Of a DNA stretch of 17,408 nucleotides, positions 9,189 through 16,055 are shown one piece after another. Below the pieces are notes generated by a model, which had not been told where the DNA came from, did no database searches, and was given only the letters and a program-made list of their open reading frames with translations. The position numbers were made by a program, and so were the translations under genes. Source of the DNA: a virus (taxonomy: Duplodnaviria > Heunggongvirae > Uroviricota > Caudoviricetes); IMG/VR virus record IMGVR_UViG_2630968397_000004; one strand, written 5' to 3'. Numbering within the stretch: the first letter of the stretch is position 1; every line of letters starts with the position of its first letter.

Positions 9189-9265
9189 TGGTGGCCCTTG
9201 CTGGACTTGAACCAGCGACCTGGCGATTATGAGTCGCTCGCTCTGACCAACTGAGCTAAAGGGCC
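9189..9265 (-). tRNA. tRNA with CAU anticodon, Ile2 (ileX/ileZ-like, lysidine) or Met, 77 nt with encoded CCA
   Basis: Reverse complement GGCCCTTTAGCTCAGTTGGTCAGAGCGAGCGACTCATAATCGCCAGGTCGCTGGTTCAAGTCCAGCAAGGGCCACCA. Close resemblance to E. coli tRNA-Ile2 (GCGACTCATAATCGC core and identical T arm). Separated from tRNA-Arg by 1 nt. Confidence 0.75.
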
Positions 9266-9353
9266 GGAGGCAGAATAATAACCATATGTCATCACATCTG
9301 CAAACTCATCTGACCACCAGCACGTTTAACGTCCTGTGCCGTTTTTCAGGTAT

Positions 9354-9375
9354 AAAAAAACCCGCATAAAGCGGG
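9354..9375 (-). terminator. Rho-independent terminator (tR'-like) about 80 bp downstream of the Q-like gene
   Basis: Hairpin CCCGC-ataaa-GCGGG at 9361-9375 with A7 at 9354-9360 on the plus strand, i.e. a U7 tract after the hairpin on the minus strand. Confidence 0.7.
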
Positions 9376-9454
9376 CTCTTTCAAATGTCCATGTCTGCTA
9401 TTCGCCTCGCGGTACAGCTTTGCGAAGCGTACAAGAATTGAAGCAGTTTTTACG

Positions 9455-10009
9455 TCAAAAAGCAATAACTTTTTTCTCTATACCAAAAGCCATAACCATT
9501 GGTTTGTACAAAATAAATTCTGCCACCTTTAGCCAATGCTCAATGCGTCTTTCACAGGTTCTTAAACTCCATTTCGGGTGTGCATCATTCAGCAGTTCAG
9601 CCATTTTGCGTTTGGTCATCCCCCGCCCCTCATACCGTTGCCGAAGGACGCTAATCAATCCTGGATGCTCTGCCAGCACCTCACTTATGACCCGATCAAT
9701 ACATAACGCCTCTGCATCAGTACAATGCGCCAGCCAGCTCTTTTGCTTACCGTTAATCATATCCCGCAAAAAAGCCTCAAGTTCAGACTTGTTCAGACCT
9801 GCTTTTTTCATCCTCCGGAGCGCCTCGTTAATTGCCGTTTTTGTCAGCTTTTTAGAGGTCAACATCAGGTTAAACATATTCCCCGTCTTACCGCCACCAA
9901 TATACGACCAGCGCCCCCACATACGTAGTTTTCCCTGAATCCAGACACTTTCCAGCGTGGTGAGACGAAGGTGTTCTCCGCTTTTTCCTGTATTCGTTGG
10001 GTAAATCAT
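9455..10009 (-). CDS. putative late-gene antiterminator Q-like protein (184 aa)
   Basis: In-frame ATG (MIYPTNTGKSGEHLRLTTLESVWIQGKLRMWGRWSYIGGG...) with AGGAGG Shine-Dalgarno 8 nt upstream. Start overlaps the YbcO-like stop (ATGA). Position is immediately upstream of the tR'-like terminator and phage tRNAs, as for Q in Stx-type lambdoid phages. Track ORF start at 10129 is over-extended. Family call is from positional logic and partial sequence recollection. Confidence 0.6.
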   Translation of the reverse strand: MIYPTNTGKSGEHLRLTTLESVWIQGKLRMWGRWSYIGGGKTGNMFNLMLTSKKLTKTAINEALRRMKKAGLNKSELEAFLRDMINGKQKSWLAHCTDAEALCIDRVISEVLAEHPGLISVLRQRYEGRGMTKRKMAELLNDAHPKWSLRTCERRIEHWLKVAEFILYKPMVMAFGIEKKVIAF

Positions 10010-10296
10010 AAATATCCCTCCTTTCTCCAGATTTCTTGTGTGCGAAAAACACCTTCTGCATGCATCAGGCGTAATTCTTCTTTGGTGTAATCGCTGGTTT
10101 TTACCCGCCCGTCGATTAAATCGTGGCACGAGCTACAGGCAATCGCTGCCTGCATATCGTGTGGCTTTATCGCTGTTCCGCACGTTCCCGCCAGTCGGTA
10201 ATGCGCCAGCACAGACGTTTCCGGATCGTGATTGCAGTAGCCAGGAATTCTGACGGTGCACATCTGCCCCCGCGCCGCTTTACGTAAATCCACCAT
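10006..10296 (-). CDS. YbcO-like (DUF1364) Cys-rich nin-region protein, putative nuclease (96 aa)
   Basis: ORF track protein MVDLRKAARGQMCTVRIPGYCNHDPETSVLAHYRLAGTCGTAIKPHDMQAAIACSSCHDLIDGR... resembles E. coli DLP12 YbcO as recalled. Confidence 0.7.
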   Translation of the reverse strand: MVDLRKAARGQMCTVRIPGYCNHDPETSVLAHYRLAGTCGTAIKPHDMQAAIACSSCHDLIDGRVKTSDYTKEELRLMHAEGVFRTQEIWRKEGYL

Positions 10297-10895
10297 TACG
10301 CAAACTCCAGCAGCTGCGCGGCCACATTTTCGACTTGTTCCGGAGAGGAAAATTTACGGAACAGAATCCAGTTCCACAGCACATTCAGAACAGATTTATA
10401 AACCTGCTGAAACTCGGTTTCGTCCATATTCGCAAAAGCGATGGATTTTGCCCGACGCCCGCGGCTACCGTCCGGATAAAAATGTTCGGTGTAAAATCCA
10501 GCCTGAATGGTTACCCACTCGCGAAAAGCCTCAAACGACTTTAGCAATGCCGTATCCCGGGTTCTGCGTGTCGCAACTGTATTCAGATATTGCTCTGCGG
10601 CTTCGCTCAGAGCTGGCGTATGTTCCCGACCTACTGATTCGCACAGGTAATCAACGAAACCAGACAGCAGTTCTCGTTCGCGAGGCGTGATCGCCCCACC
10701 GACCGGAGTCCAGTAATCGAATCCCAGTTGCAGGAGTTTGAAAAAACGCTTGTGGAATGCGTAGTTACGCACACGCTTAAAGTCTGCGTGTATCCACTCA
10801 CCTGTTTTGATTTGATGCAGAAAATCGCAACTCTCCGGCGTCGCCGGGAGAAGTAATCCGGAAGAGGTTTGTTTGATCAGTTGTATATGCGCCAT
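10296..10895 (-). CDS. nin-region phage protein of unknown function (199 aa; possibly DUF1367 family)
   Basis: ORF track. Stop overlaps the YbcO-like start. Family assignment is from recollection of typical gene order and is not verified. Confidence 0.6.
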   Translation of the reverse strand: MAHIQLIKQTSSGLLLPATPESCDFLHQIKTGEWIHADFKRVRNYAFHKRFFKLLQLGFDYWTPVGGAITPRERELLSGFVDYLCESVGREHTPALSEAAEQYLNTVATRRTRDTALLKSFEAFREWVTIQAGFYTEHFYPDGSRGRRAKSIAFANMDETEFQQVYKSVLNVLWNWILFRKFSSPEQVENVAAQLLEFA

Positions 10896-10966
10896 CGTAG
10901 TTCTCCGCTGGCGCAGTAGAATGGGTGTTCAGCCCGTTATGTAGTATACCAGAATTAATGCCAATA

Positions 10967-11179
10967 CTAACAGGATGCTCTGACTCGCAATTCATCCAGC
11001 AGTTTATCATTTCCCATAATGTCACTTACCCTCATCGGTAAAAAAATTGCCTTTCGACCATTACGATACATCATTGATTTTTTGGTTTCAGGGAAGTAAT
11101 CCATTTCGACTATAACTGACAGGTCATCACGACGTATGACTGCGTATTTACTACTAAATAGTTTCTTTATTTTTTCCAC
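10967..11179 (-). CDS. hypothetical 70-aa protein, GTG start
   Basis: ORF track. Start codon is GTG, preceded by GGAGG 4 nt upstream. No recognisable family. Confidence 0.5.
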   Translation of the reverse strand: MEKIKKLFSSKYAVIRRDDLSVIVEMDYFPETKKSMMYRNGRKAIFLPMRVSDIMGNDKLLDELRVRASC

Positions 11180-11285
11180 GATGCCTCCAGGTTTATAAGT
11201 ACAAACGGTTATATCAACATAGAGACAAAAGGTGATGCTGCCAACTTACTGATTTAGTGTATGATCGTGTTTTTGAGGTGCTCCA

Positions 11286-11561
11286 GTGGCTTCTGTTTCT
11301 ATCAGCTGTCCCTCCTGTTCAGCTACTGACGGGGTGGTGCGTAACGGCAAAAGCACTGCCGGACATCAGCGCTATCTCTGCTCTCACTGCCGTAAAACAT
11401 GGCAACTGCAGTTCACTTACACCGCTTCCCAACCCGGTACGCACCAGAAAATCATTGATATGGCCATGAATGGCGTTGGATGCCGGGCAACTGCACGCAT
11501 TATGGGCGTTGGCCTCAACACGATTTTACGTCACTTAAAAAACTCAGGCCGCAGTCGGTAA
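11286..11561 (+). CDS. insA: IS1 InsA (91 aa)
   Basis: ORF track protein [43 protein letters not shown]... A6C frameshift motif TTAAAAAACTC at 11535-11545. Confidence 0.95.
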
Positions 11562-11983
11562 CCTCGCGCATACAGCCGGGCAGTGACGTCATCGTCTGCG
11601 CGGAAATGGACGAACAGTGGGGCTATGTCGGGGCTAAATCGCGCCAGCGCTGGCTGTTTTACGCGTATGACAGTCTCCGGAAGACGGTTGTTGCGCACGT
11701 ATTCGGTGAACGCACTATGGCGACGCTGGGGCGTCTTATGAGCCTGCTGTCACCCTTTGACGTGGTGATATGGATGACGGATGGCTGGCCGCTGTATGAA
11801 TCCCGCCTGAAGGGAAAGCTGCACGTAATCAGCAAGCGATATACGCAGCGAATTGAGCGGCATAACCTGAATCTGAGGCAGCACCTGGCACGGCTGGGAC
11901 GGAAGTCGCTGTCGTTCTCAAAATCGGTGGAGCTGCATGACAAAGTCATCGGGCATTATCTGAACATAAAACACTATCAATAA
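11480..11983 (+). CDS. insB: IS1 InsB reading frame (expressed as InsAB' transposase by -1 frameshift)
   Basis: ORF track 167 aa; -1 frame relative to insA. Confidence 0.9.
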
Positions 11984-12059
11984 GTTGGAGTCATTACCAA
12001 AAAAACCGCCGAAACGGGTTAAGTGCGGGTGCGTTGAGGATGCCTGACACATCAAAGGT

Positions 12060-12081
12060 GGCGGGAGATTACTCTCCCGCC
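12060..12081 (-). terminator. 9-bp perfect hairpin (GGCGGGAGA-ttac-TCTCCCGCC) 10 nt downstream of the hok stop; putative hok mRNA 3' stem-loop/terminator
   Basis: Seen directly. Followed on the minus strand by ACCTTTGATGTG (moderately U-rich). Confidence 0.45.
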
Positions 12082-12090
12082 TGGTCACTC

Positions 12091-12246
12091 TTACTCTCTA
12101 GATTCGTAGTCTACGAAAACAGCGACCTCCGTCTGGCCGATTCGGATTCGTACCTCGCAGAGGTCTTTCCTCGTTACCAGTGCCGTCACAATGACGGTTA
12201 AACAGATGACGATCAGGGCGATTAACATCGCCTTTTGCTGCTTCAT
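12091..12246 (-). CDS. hok: Hok-family type I toxin (51 aa)
   Basis: MKQQKAMLIALIVICLTVIVTALVTRKDLCEVRIRIGQTEVAVFVDYESRE, recognised as Hok/Gef family (closest to HokD/RelF as recalled). SD AAGGAGAAG upstream of ATG. Track ORF 12091..12303 is the in-frame upstream (mok-like) extension. Confidence 0.85.
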   Translation of the reverse strand: MKQQKAMLIALIVICLTVIVTALVTRKDLCEVRIRIGQTEVAVFVDYESRE

Positions 12247-12420
12247 AGCCTGCTTCTCCTTGCCTTTCGGCACGTAAGAGGCTAACCTACATTTGTGAGA
12301 CATAGATTGGGCCTCAGATTAATGTTAAGCGTCTTGCAGGACGCGTAATGTTAACTGGGGCTTTTCTCTGTCTGCCTTACAGTGACATACCCGAGGCAGA
12401 CAGCCTCAAGCACCCGCAGC
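12247..12420 (-). promoter_or_regulatory. hok mRNA leader with mok-like upstream start and conserved hok/sok leader elements
   Basis: Minus-strand sequence GCTTGAGGCTGTCTGCCTC...GGCAGACAGAGAAAAGCCCC...AGGCCCAATCTATGTCTCAC...TAGCCTCTTAC...GCAAGGAGAAGCAGGCTATGAAG parallels the plasmid R1 hok/sok leader as recalled. Confidence 0.6.
12296..12350 (+). ncRNA. putative Sok-like antisense RNA, antitoxin of the hok locus
   Basis: Plus-strand promoter-like -35 TTGCCT (12260-12265), 17-bp spacer, -10 TAACCT (12283-12288), positioned like the R1 sok promoter. Transcript would be complementary to the mok-like start region. Hairpin GCGTC-ttgcag-GACGC at 12329-12344. Inferred, not proven. Confidence 0.35.
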
Positions 12421-12584
12421 AATCTTACCGACACCGATAAGAAAACGCTATTTTTTATTGCCAGCACCATCTATCCAGGCTAGTTTATCTGCGTCAGAAC
12501 GGCGCAATGCGCTCGCCTGAGATACGTTTACTTGCCATGGTAACAACAGGTAACGGCAATTGCTGTTTCTGTTTTGTTTCCTTC

Positions 12585-12615
12585 AAAAACCCCGGACCAT
12601 CAATCCGGGGTTTTT
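12585..12615. terminator. bidirectional Rho-independent terminator (AAAAA-CCCCGG-loop-CCGGGG-TTTTT)
   Basis: Seen directly: stem 12590-12595 / 12605-12610, A5 at 12585-12589 and T5 at 12611-12615. Lies immediately after the 27-aa ORF stop on the minus strand. Confidence 0.75.
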
Positions 12616-12620
12616 GTTTG

Positions 12621-12704
12621 TTAACCCCAACGGCAAATCGAATACACCACCAGCGCCACCGCCATCGCAATTCCTACCGTGGTGAATGCCTCAGGCCAGG
12701 TCAT
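12621..12704 (-). CDS. 27-aa hydrophobic peptide (MTWPEAFTTVGIAMAVALVVYSICRWG), translationally coupled to the upstream gene
   Basis: Manual translation. ATG overlaps the stop of the DUF551-like gene (ATGA). GGAGGTG 5 nt upstream. Followed directly by the terminator. Below the ORF-track size cutoff. Confidence 0.45.
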   Translation of the reverse strand: MTWPEAFTTVGIAMAVALVVYSICRWG

Positions 12705-13066
12705 TGATTCACCTCCTGCGGTGGTTCCGGTAGCGGCATCCAGTGAGTTGAGCTCTCTACTTCAACGCCGTCTTTGTCCACAAAAGCCATCTTATTCCCG
12801 CCACGAGTGGGGCAAAAAACCTTATCCCAGGAACCGGGGAATACATTCCCGAGATCATCGAGAAGAATCACATCGCAATATTCAGCAGGAACTGCATCAC
12901 TACAGCTTATCCAGCCAGCCGGAGCTACCGGAGAGTTGCCAGCCTTACGCATGGCCATTTCCACGATTTCAACCATATCTCCTGGTGGAATTTTACAAAG
13001 TTGCCCAATACATTTCTGCTGCCTGGCATATTCGAGAATGTGCTCCAGTTTGGTTCGATTAATCAT
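12701..13066 (-). CDS. DUF551-like phage protein (121 aa)
   Basis: ORF track. C-terminal WISCSDAVPAEY...VILLDDLGNVFPGSWDK...THWMPLPEPP resembles the conserved DUF551 C-terminal motif as recalled. Start overlaps the stop of the upstream 221-aa gene. Confidence 0.65.
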   Translation of the reverse strand: MINRTKLEHILEYARQQKCIGQLCKIPPGDMVEIVEMAMRKAGNSPVAPAGWISCSDAVPAEYCDVILLDDLGNVFPGSWDKVFCPTRGGNKMAFVDKDGVEVESSTHWMPLPEPPQEVNQ

Positions 13067-13731
13067 TATTTATCTCCCTTAAGCATGGCAGCGCGGCAGG
13101 CGTTCCAGCCATCAACATAATCAAACGTATTACTATCGTTTGGCCCGATTTCATCCGGCACTATCGGCTCTGGTTGGATAGTGACGTTGGCAAAGGCAGC
13201 ACGCAAACCGGTTTTAATTTCTTCGATTTCATCAGAGCCAAGCGATGAATCTGACAGTGCGTGATGGAATGCGTAAGCCATGTCGTCGTTTACTGCAACC
13301 GGCACTGCCGGCGCTGCGTAAAGCGGTGTTATATCTGCCCGAAAATCACATGCTTTATGCAGTCGTACCCAACACTCAACTTCCGCTTTGTCAAAATATA
13401 TAGCAGTGAACGTATTAGATTCCTGGTCAACTTGAGTAAACGTCACCTTCCACGCTACAGCTACGGCTTTCCATCCATCAGGTTGTCGCATTCGCGGGGC
13501 AGCATAAAGCTCATGCATTCCATCAGGCAGCGAGTGACCCACATACTCACCGAACCCGTCAATACACATGCCCCCATCTTCAACAATGCATTCCGCTACA
13601 GGCTCTGCTTCCAGTGATGCCAGAGCGATAAGCGCCAGTTCACGAATTTCACCGCCGTCTATATCGTCAATATCATCGCGGCCAGAAATGTTAGCCAGCC
13701 ATTGCAGTCGCTCTTTGGTAATAGTGGTCAT
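13066..13731 (-). CDS. hypothetical phage protein (221 aa, acidic N-terminus)
   Basis: ORF track. Start overlaps the HNH stop (ATGA) and stop overlaps the downstream start, so the three genes are translationally coupled. No recognisable family. Confidence 0.7.
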   Translation of the reverse strand: MTTITKERLQWLANISGRDDIDDIDGGEIRELALIALASLEAEPVAECIVEDGGMCIDGFGEYVGHSLPDGMHELYAAPRMRQPDGWKAVAVAWKVTFTQVDQESNTFTAIYFDKAEVECWVRLHKACDFRADITPLYAAPAVPVAVNDDMAYAFHHALSDSSLGSDEIEEIKTGLRAAFANVTIQPEPIVPDEIGPNDSNTFDYVDGWNACRAAMLKGDK

Positions 13732-14093
13732 GCCGTAGCCCCTTCTTGATATTTTTCAAACCAGAACACAACCGGGTCAGATTTCATTTCAACCAATCCC
13801 ATACGAACCAGCGCTTTGCCTTTCCCGGACGCAAGGAATTCACGACGACCATCACTGATAATTCGTCGATAATCTTCCAGGCTACTGCAATGCTTGTGCA
13901 GATTGCATGGGTGGCATGCTGGTACCATGTTGGATATATCGTCACGTTCCTGGTGAAGCATATTTCCATCAAAACGAATGACCGGTTTTACATGGTCTGC
14001 ATGCCACTTTTCGCCAAGTTCGCAGCCGCAATAAGCGCAGCGACCACCGAACTTCATGCGCAGTTCTGCACGTTGTTTTTTCGTCAGTGCCAT
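13728..14093 (-). CDS. HNH endonuclease (121 aa)
   Basis: In-frame ATG at 14091-14093 with AAGGAAAG Shine-Dalgarno. MALTKKQRAELRMKFGGRCAYCGCELGEKWHADHVKPVIRFDGNMLHQERDDISNMVPACHPCNLHK has the C-x2-C, H-x-D-H, N and C-x2-C-N-x-H-K elements of the HNH/His-Me finger. Track ORF start at 14183 is over-extended. Confidence 0.85.
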   Translation of the reverse strand: MALTKKQRAELRMKFGGRCAYCGCELGEKWHADHVKPVIRFDGNMLHQERDDISNMVPACHPCNLHKHCSSLEDYRRIISDGRREFLASGKGKALVRMGLVEMKSDPVVFWFEKYQEGATA

Positions 14094-14094
14094 A

Positions 14095-14313
14095 TCAGCT
14101 TTCCTTATACGGATTAATTTTATTGTGCAGTGTGTTGAATGACGCCCATACCACGTCGTTATACAATTCAATAACTGGCTCAATTATTTTTCCGATTATC
14201 CAGACAAAAATTAGCGGGGATATCGGTGTCATCAACACGATAAACAGAATGAGAAACAGGAATTCTGTTGTTCTACTCTTTCGCGGATATTTTTTTCTAA
14301 ATAATGTAACCAT
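14095..14313 (-). CDS. possible 72-aa small membrane protein in an AT-rich segment
   Basis: ORF track. One strongly hydrophobic segment (FLFLILFIVLMTPISPLIFVWIIGKII). Weak Shine-Dalgarno; the local AT-richness means this could be a chance ORF. Confidence 0.35.
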   Translation of the reverse strand: MVTLFRKKYPRKSRTTEFLFLILFIVLMTPISPLIFVWIIGKIIEPVIELYNDVVWASFNTLHNKINPYKES

Positions 14314-14405
14314 TCATTACCGCCCTTTCGGGCGGTCTCCTGATGATTTGAGGGTGCAGAAATCCCTCCGGTTAAGGATTAAATTTTTAACAGTGCTAAA
14401 TTTAA

Positions 14406-14746
14406 TTATTCAGTTCTGGATTTTGTCGCCCTGCGTATCCGCGCTTTCGCGTTACGCTCAATCTGTATCAGCTTTTCTATATTTCTCCGCCTTTCCTGTT
14501 CCTCCTGGCGCAATAGCCTTACATCATCTGCCAGTCTGGTTTCTCTTTTTGCCACAGAGAGCATCCAGTCAAACGGCTCCACAACCGCACCGCAGATTTT
14601 ACAGCGGACCTGACGCTCTTTTTCGTCAACCCGGACAGAGGCGTGATGGCAATATGGTCTTTCCGATGGTTCATAAAGAAAATTAACCTGATTACGTGGG
14701 TCATCCTCTTTTACCGGAAATAAAACGATATTGCTTAACTCATCTT
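14406..14746 (-). pseudogene. 3' portion of a 118-aa Zn-ribbon/basic coiled-coil phage gene interrupted by IS1 copy B
   Basis: Frame is open from the IS1 junction to TAA at 14406-14408 (...CHHASVRVDEKERQVRCKICGAVVEPFDWMLSVAKRETRLADDVRLLRQEEQERRRNIEKLIQIERNAKARIRRATKSRTE). Continues across the IS1 target duplication into 15515-15540. Confidence 0.6.
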
Positions 14747-14801
14747 GGTGATGCTGCCAACTTACTGATTTAGTGTATGATGGTGTTTTTGAGGTGCTCC
14801 A

Positions 14802-15077
14802 GTGGCTTCTGTTTCTATCAGCTGTCCCTCCTGTTCAGCTACTGACGGGGTGGTGCGTAACGGCAAAAGCACTGCCGGACATCAGCGCTATCTCTGCTCT
14901 CACTGCCGTAAAACATGGCAACTGCAGTTCACTTACACCGCTTCTCAACCCGGTACGCACCAGAAAATCATTGATATGGCCATGAATGGCGTTGGATGCC
15001 GGGCAACAGCACGCATTATGGGCGTTGGCCTCAACACGATTTTACGTCACTTAAAAAACTCAGGCCGCAGTCGGTAA
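14802..15077 (+). CDS. insA: IS1 InsA (91 aa)
   Basis: ORF track; A6C frameshift motif present. Confidence 0.95.
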
Positions 15078-15499
15078 CCTCGCGCATACAGCCGGGCAGT
15101 GACGTCATCGTCTGCGCGGAAATGGACGAACAGTGGGGCTATGTCGGGGCTAAATCGCGCCAGCGCTGGCTGTTTTACGCGTATGACAGTCTCCGGAAGA
15201 CGGTTGTTGCGCACGTATTCGGTGAACGCACTATGGCGACGCTGGGGCGTCTTATGAGCCTGCTGTCACCCTTTGACGTGGTGATATGGATGACGGATGG
15301 CTGGCCGCTGTATGAATCCCGCCTGAAGGGAAAGCTGCACGTAATCAGCAAGCGATATACGCAGCGAATTGAGCGGCATAACCTGAATCTGAGGCAGCAC
15401 CTGGCACGGCTGGGACGGAAGTCGCTGTCGTTCTCAAAATCGGTGGAGCTGCATGACAAAGTCATCGGGCATTATCTGAACATAAAACACTATCAATAA
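14996..15499 (+). CDS. insB: IS1 InsB reading frame
   Basis: ORF track. Confidence 0.9.
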
Positions 15500-15514
15500 G
15501 TTGGAGTCATTACC

Positions 15515-15540
15515 AACTCATCTTCTGGTTTTATTTCCAT
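15515..15540 (-). pseudogene. 5' portion (start codon and first codons MEIKPEDEL...) of the IS1-interrupted 118-aa gene
   Basis: ATG at 15538-15540 (minus) with AAAGGAGAGGAGC upstream. Joining across one copy of the 10-bp duplication restores a continuous 118-codon ORF. Confidence 0.55.
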
Positions 15541-15717
15541 GCTCCTCTCCTTTGATGCGAATACCAGCGGTAATTGAAGCCTGATAGCTAATTTTACTCA
15601 CAGTACCGCCTCCTGAAATTTCCCCTGATAAAACGCCAGCACGCGCTGCATAGTGAGGTAGCCTGAGTTTAACGGACACTCCTTCCTGAAATAGAATGGC
15701 ATCAGAAGGAGCTAATA

Positions 15718-16020
15718 ATGAGCAGAAAAACCCAACGTTACTCTAAAGAGTTCAAAGCCGAAGCTGTCAGAACGGTTCCTGAAAATCAACTTTCGATCAG
15801 TGAAGGCGCTTCCCGATTATCTCTTCCTGAAGGCACTTTAGGACAATGGGTTACCGCCGCCAGAAAAGGGCTCGGTACTCCTGGTTCCCGCACGGTGGCT
15901 GAACTGGAATCTGAAATTCTGCAACTGCGTAAGGCGTTAAATGAAGCTCGCCTTGAGCGAGATATATTAAAAAAAGCAACAGCGTATTTTGCACAGGAGT
16001 CGCTGAAAAATACGCGTTAA
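15718..16020 (+). CDS. IS600 OrfA (100 aa)
   Basis: ORF track. Confidence 0.95.
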   Translation: MSRKTQRYSKEFKAEAVRTVPENQLSISEGASRLSLPEGTLGQWVTAARKGLGTPGSRTVAELESEILQLRKALNEARLERDILKKATAYFAQESLKNTR

Positions 16021-16055
16021 TCGAACAATGGCGACAACAATTTCCCATTGAAGCG

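Larger units (their letters stand above)
11231..11998 (+). mobile_element. IS1 copy A (768 bp), no flanking target-site duplication
   Basis: Exact 768-bp span from GGTGATGCTGCCAACTTACTGAT to ...AAGTTGGAGTCATTACC, with insA and insB. Flanking 9-mers GAGACAAAA and AAAAAAACC do not match. Confidence 0.95.
14747..15514 (+). mobile_element. IS1 copy B (768 bp) with perfect 10-bp target-site duplication AACTCATCTT
   Basis: Exact IS1 termini. Flanks 14737-14746 and 15515-15524 are identical. Differs from copy A at several positions (e.g. InsA P to L, InsB C5S). Confidence 0.95.

Noticed and set aside
9336-9938. 200-aa plus-strand ORF with GTG start
   Set aside because: Overlaps the Q-like gene and the tR'-like terminator on the opposite strand. 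No ribosome-binding site. The Q-like gene has a strong site and coherent operon context.
14320-14335. GC hairpin CCGCCC-tttc-GGGCGG upstream of the 72-aa ORF as a terminator
   Set aside because: Not followed by a U-tract on the minus strand and only a weak T-rich run on the plus strand, where there is no upstream gene to terminate. Kept only as a note.
13261-14686. Plus-strand ORFs 13261..13617, 13746..14117 and 14087..14686
   Set aside because: All antisense to the translationally coupled minus-strand operon (HNH, 221-aa and the IS1-interrupted gene). None has a convincing start context.
11231-15514. IS1 - cargo - IS1 in direct orientation, as a possible Tn9-like composite transposon carrying hok and the HNH operon
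   Set aside because: IS1 copy B has its own perfect 10-bp duplication (a simple insertion), copy A has none, and the outer flanks share no duplication. The two copies also differ in sequence. The arrangement looks coincidental.
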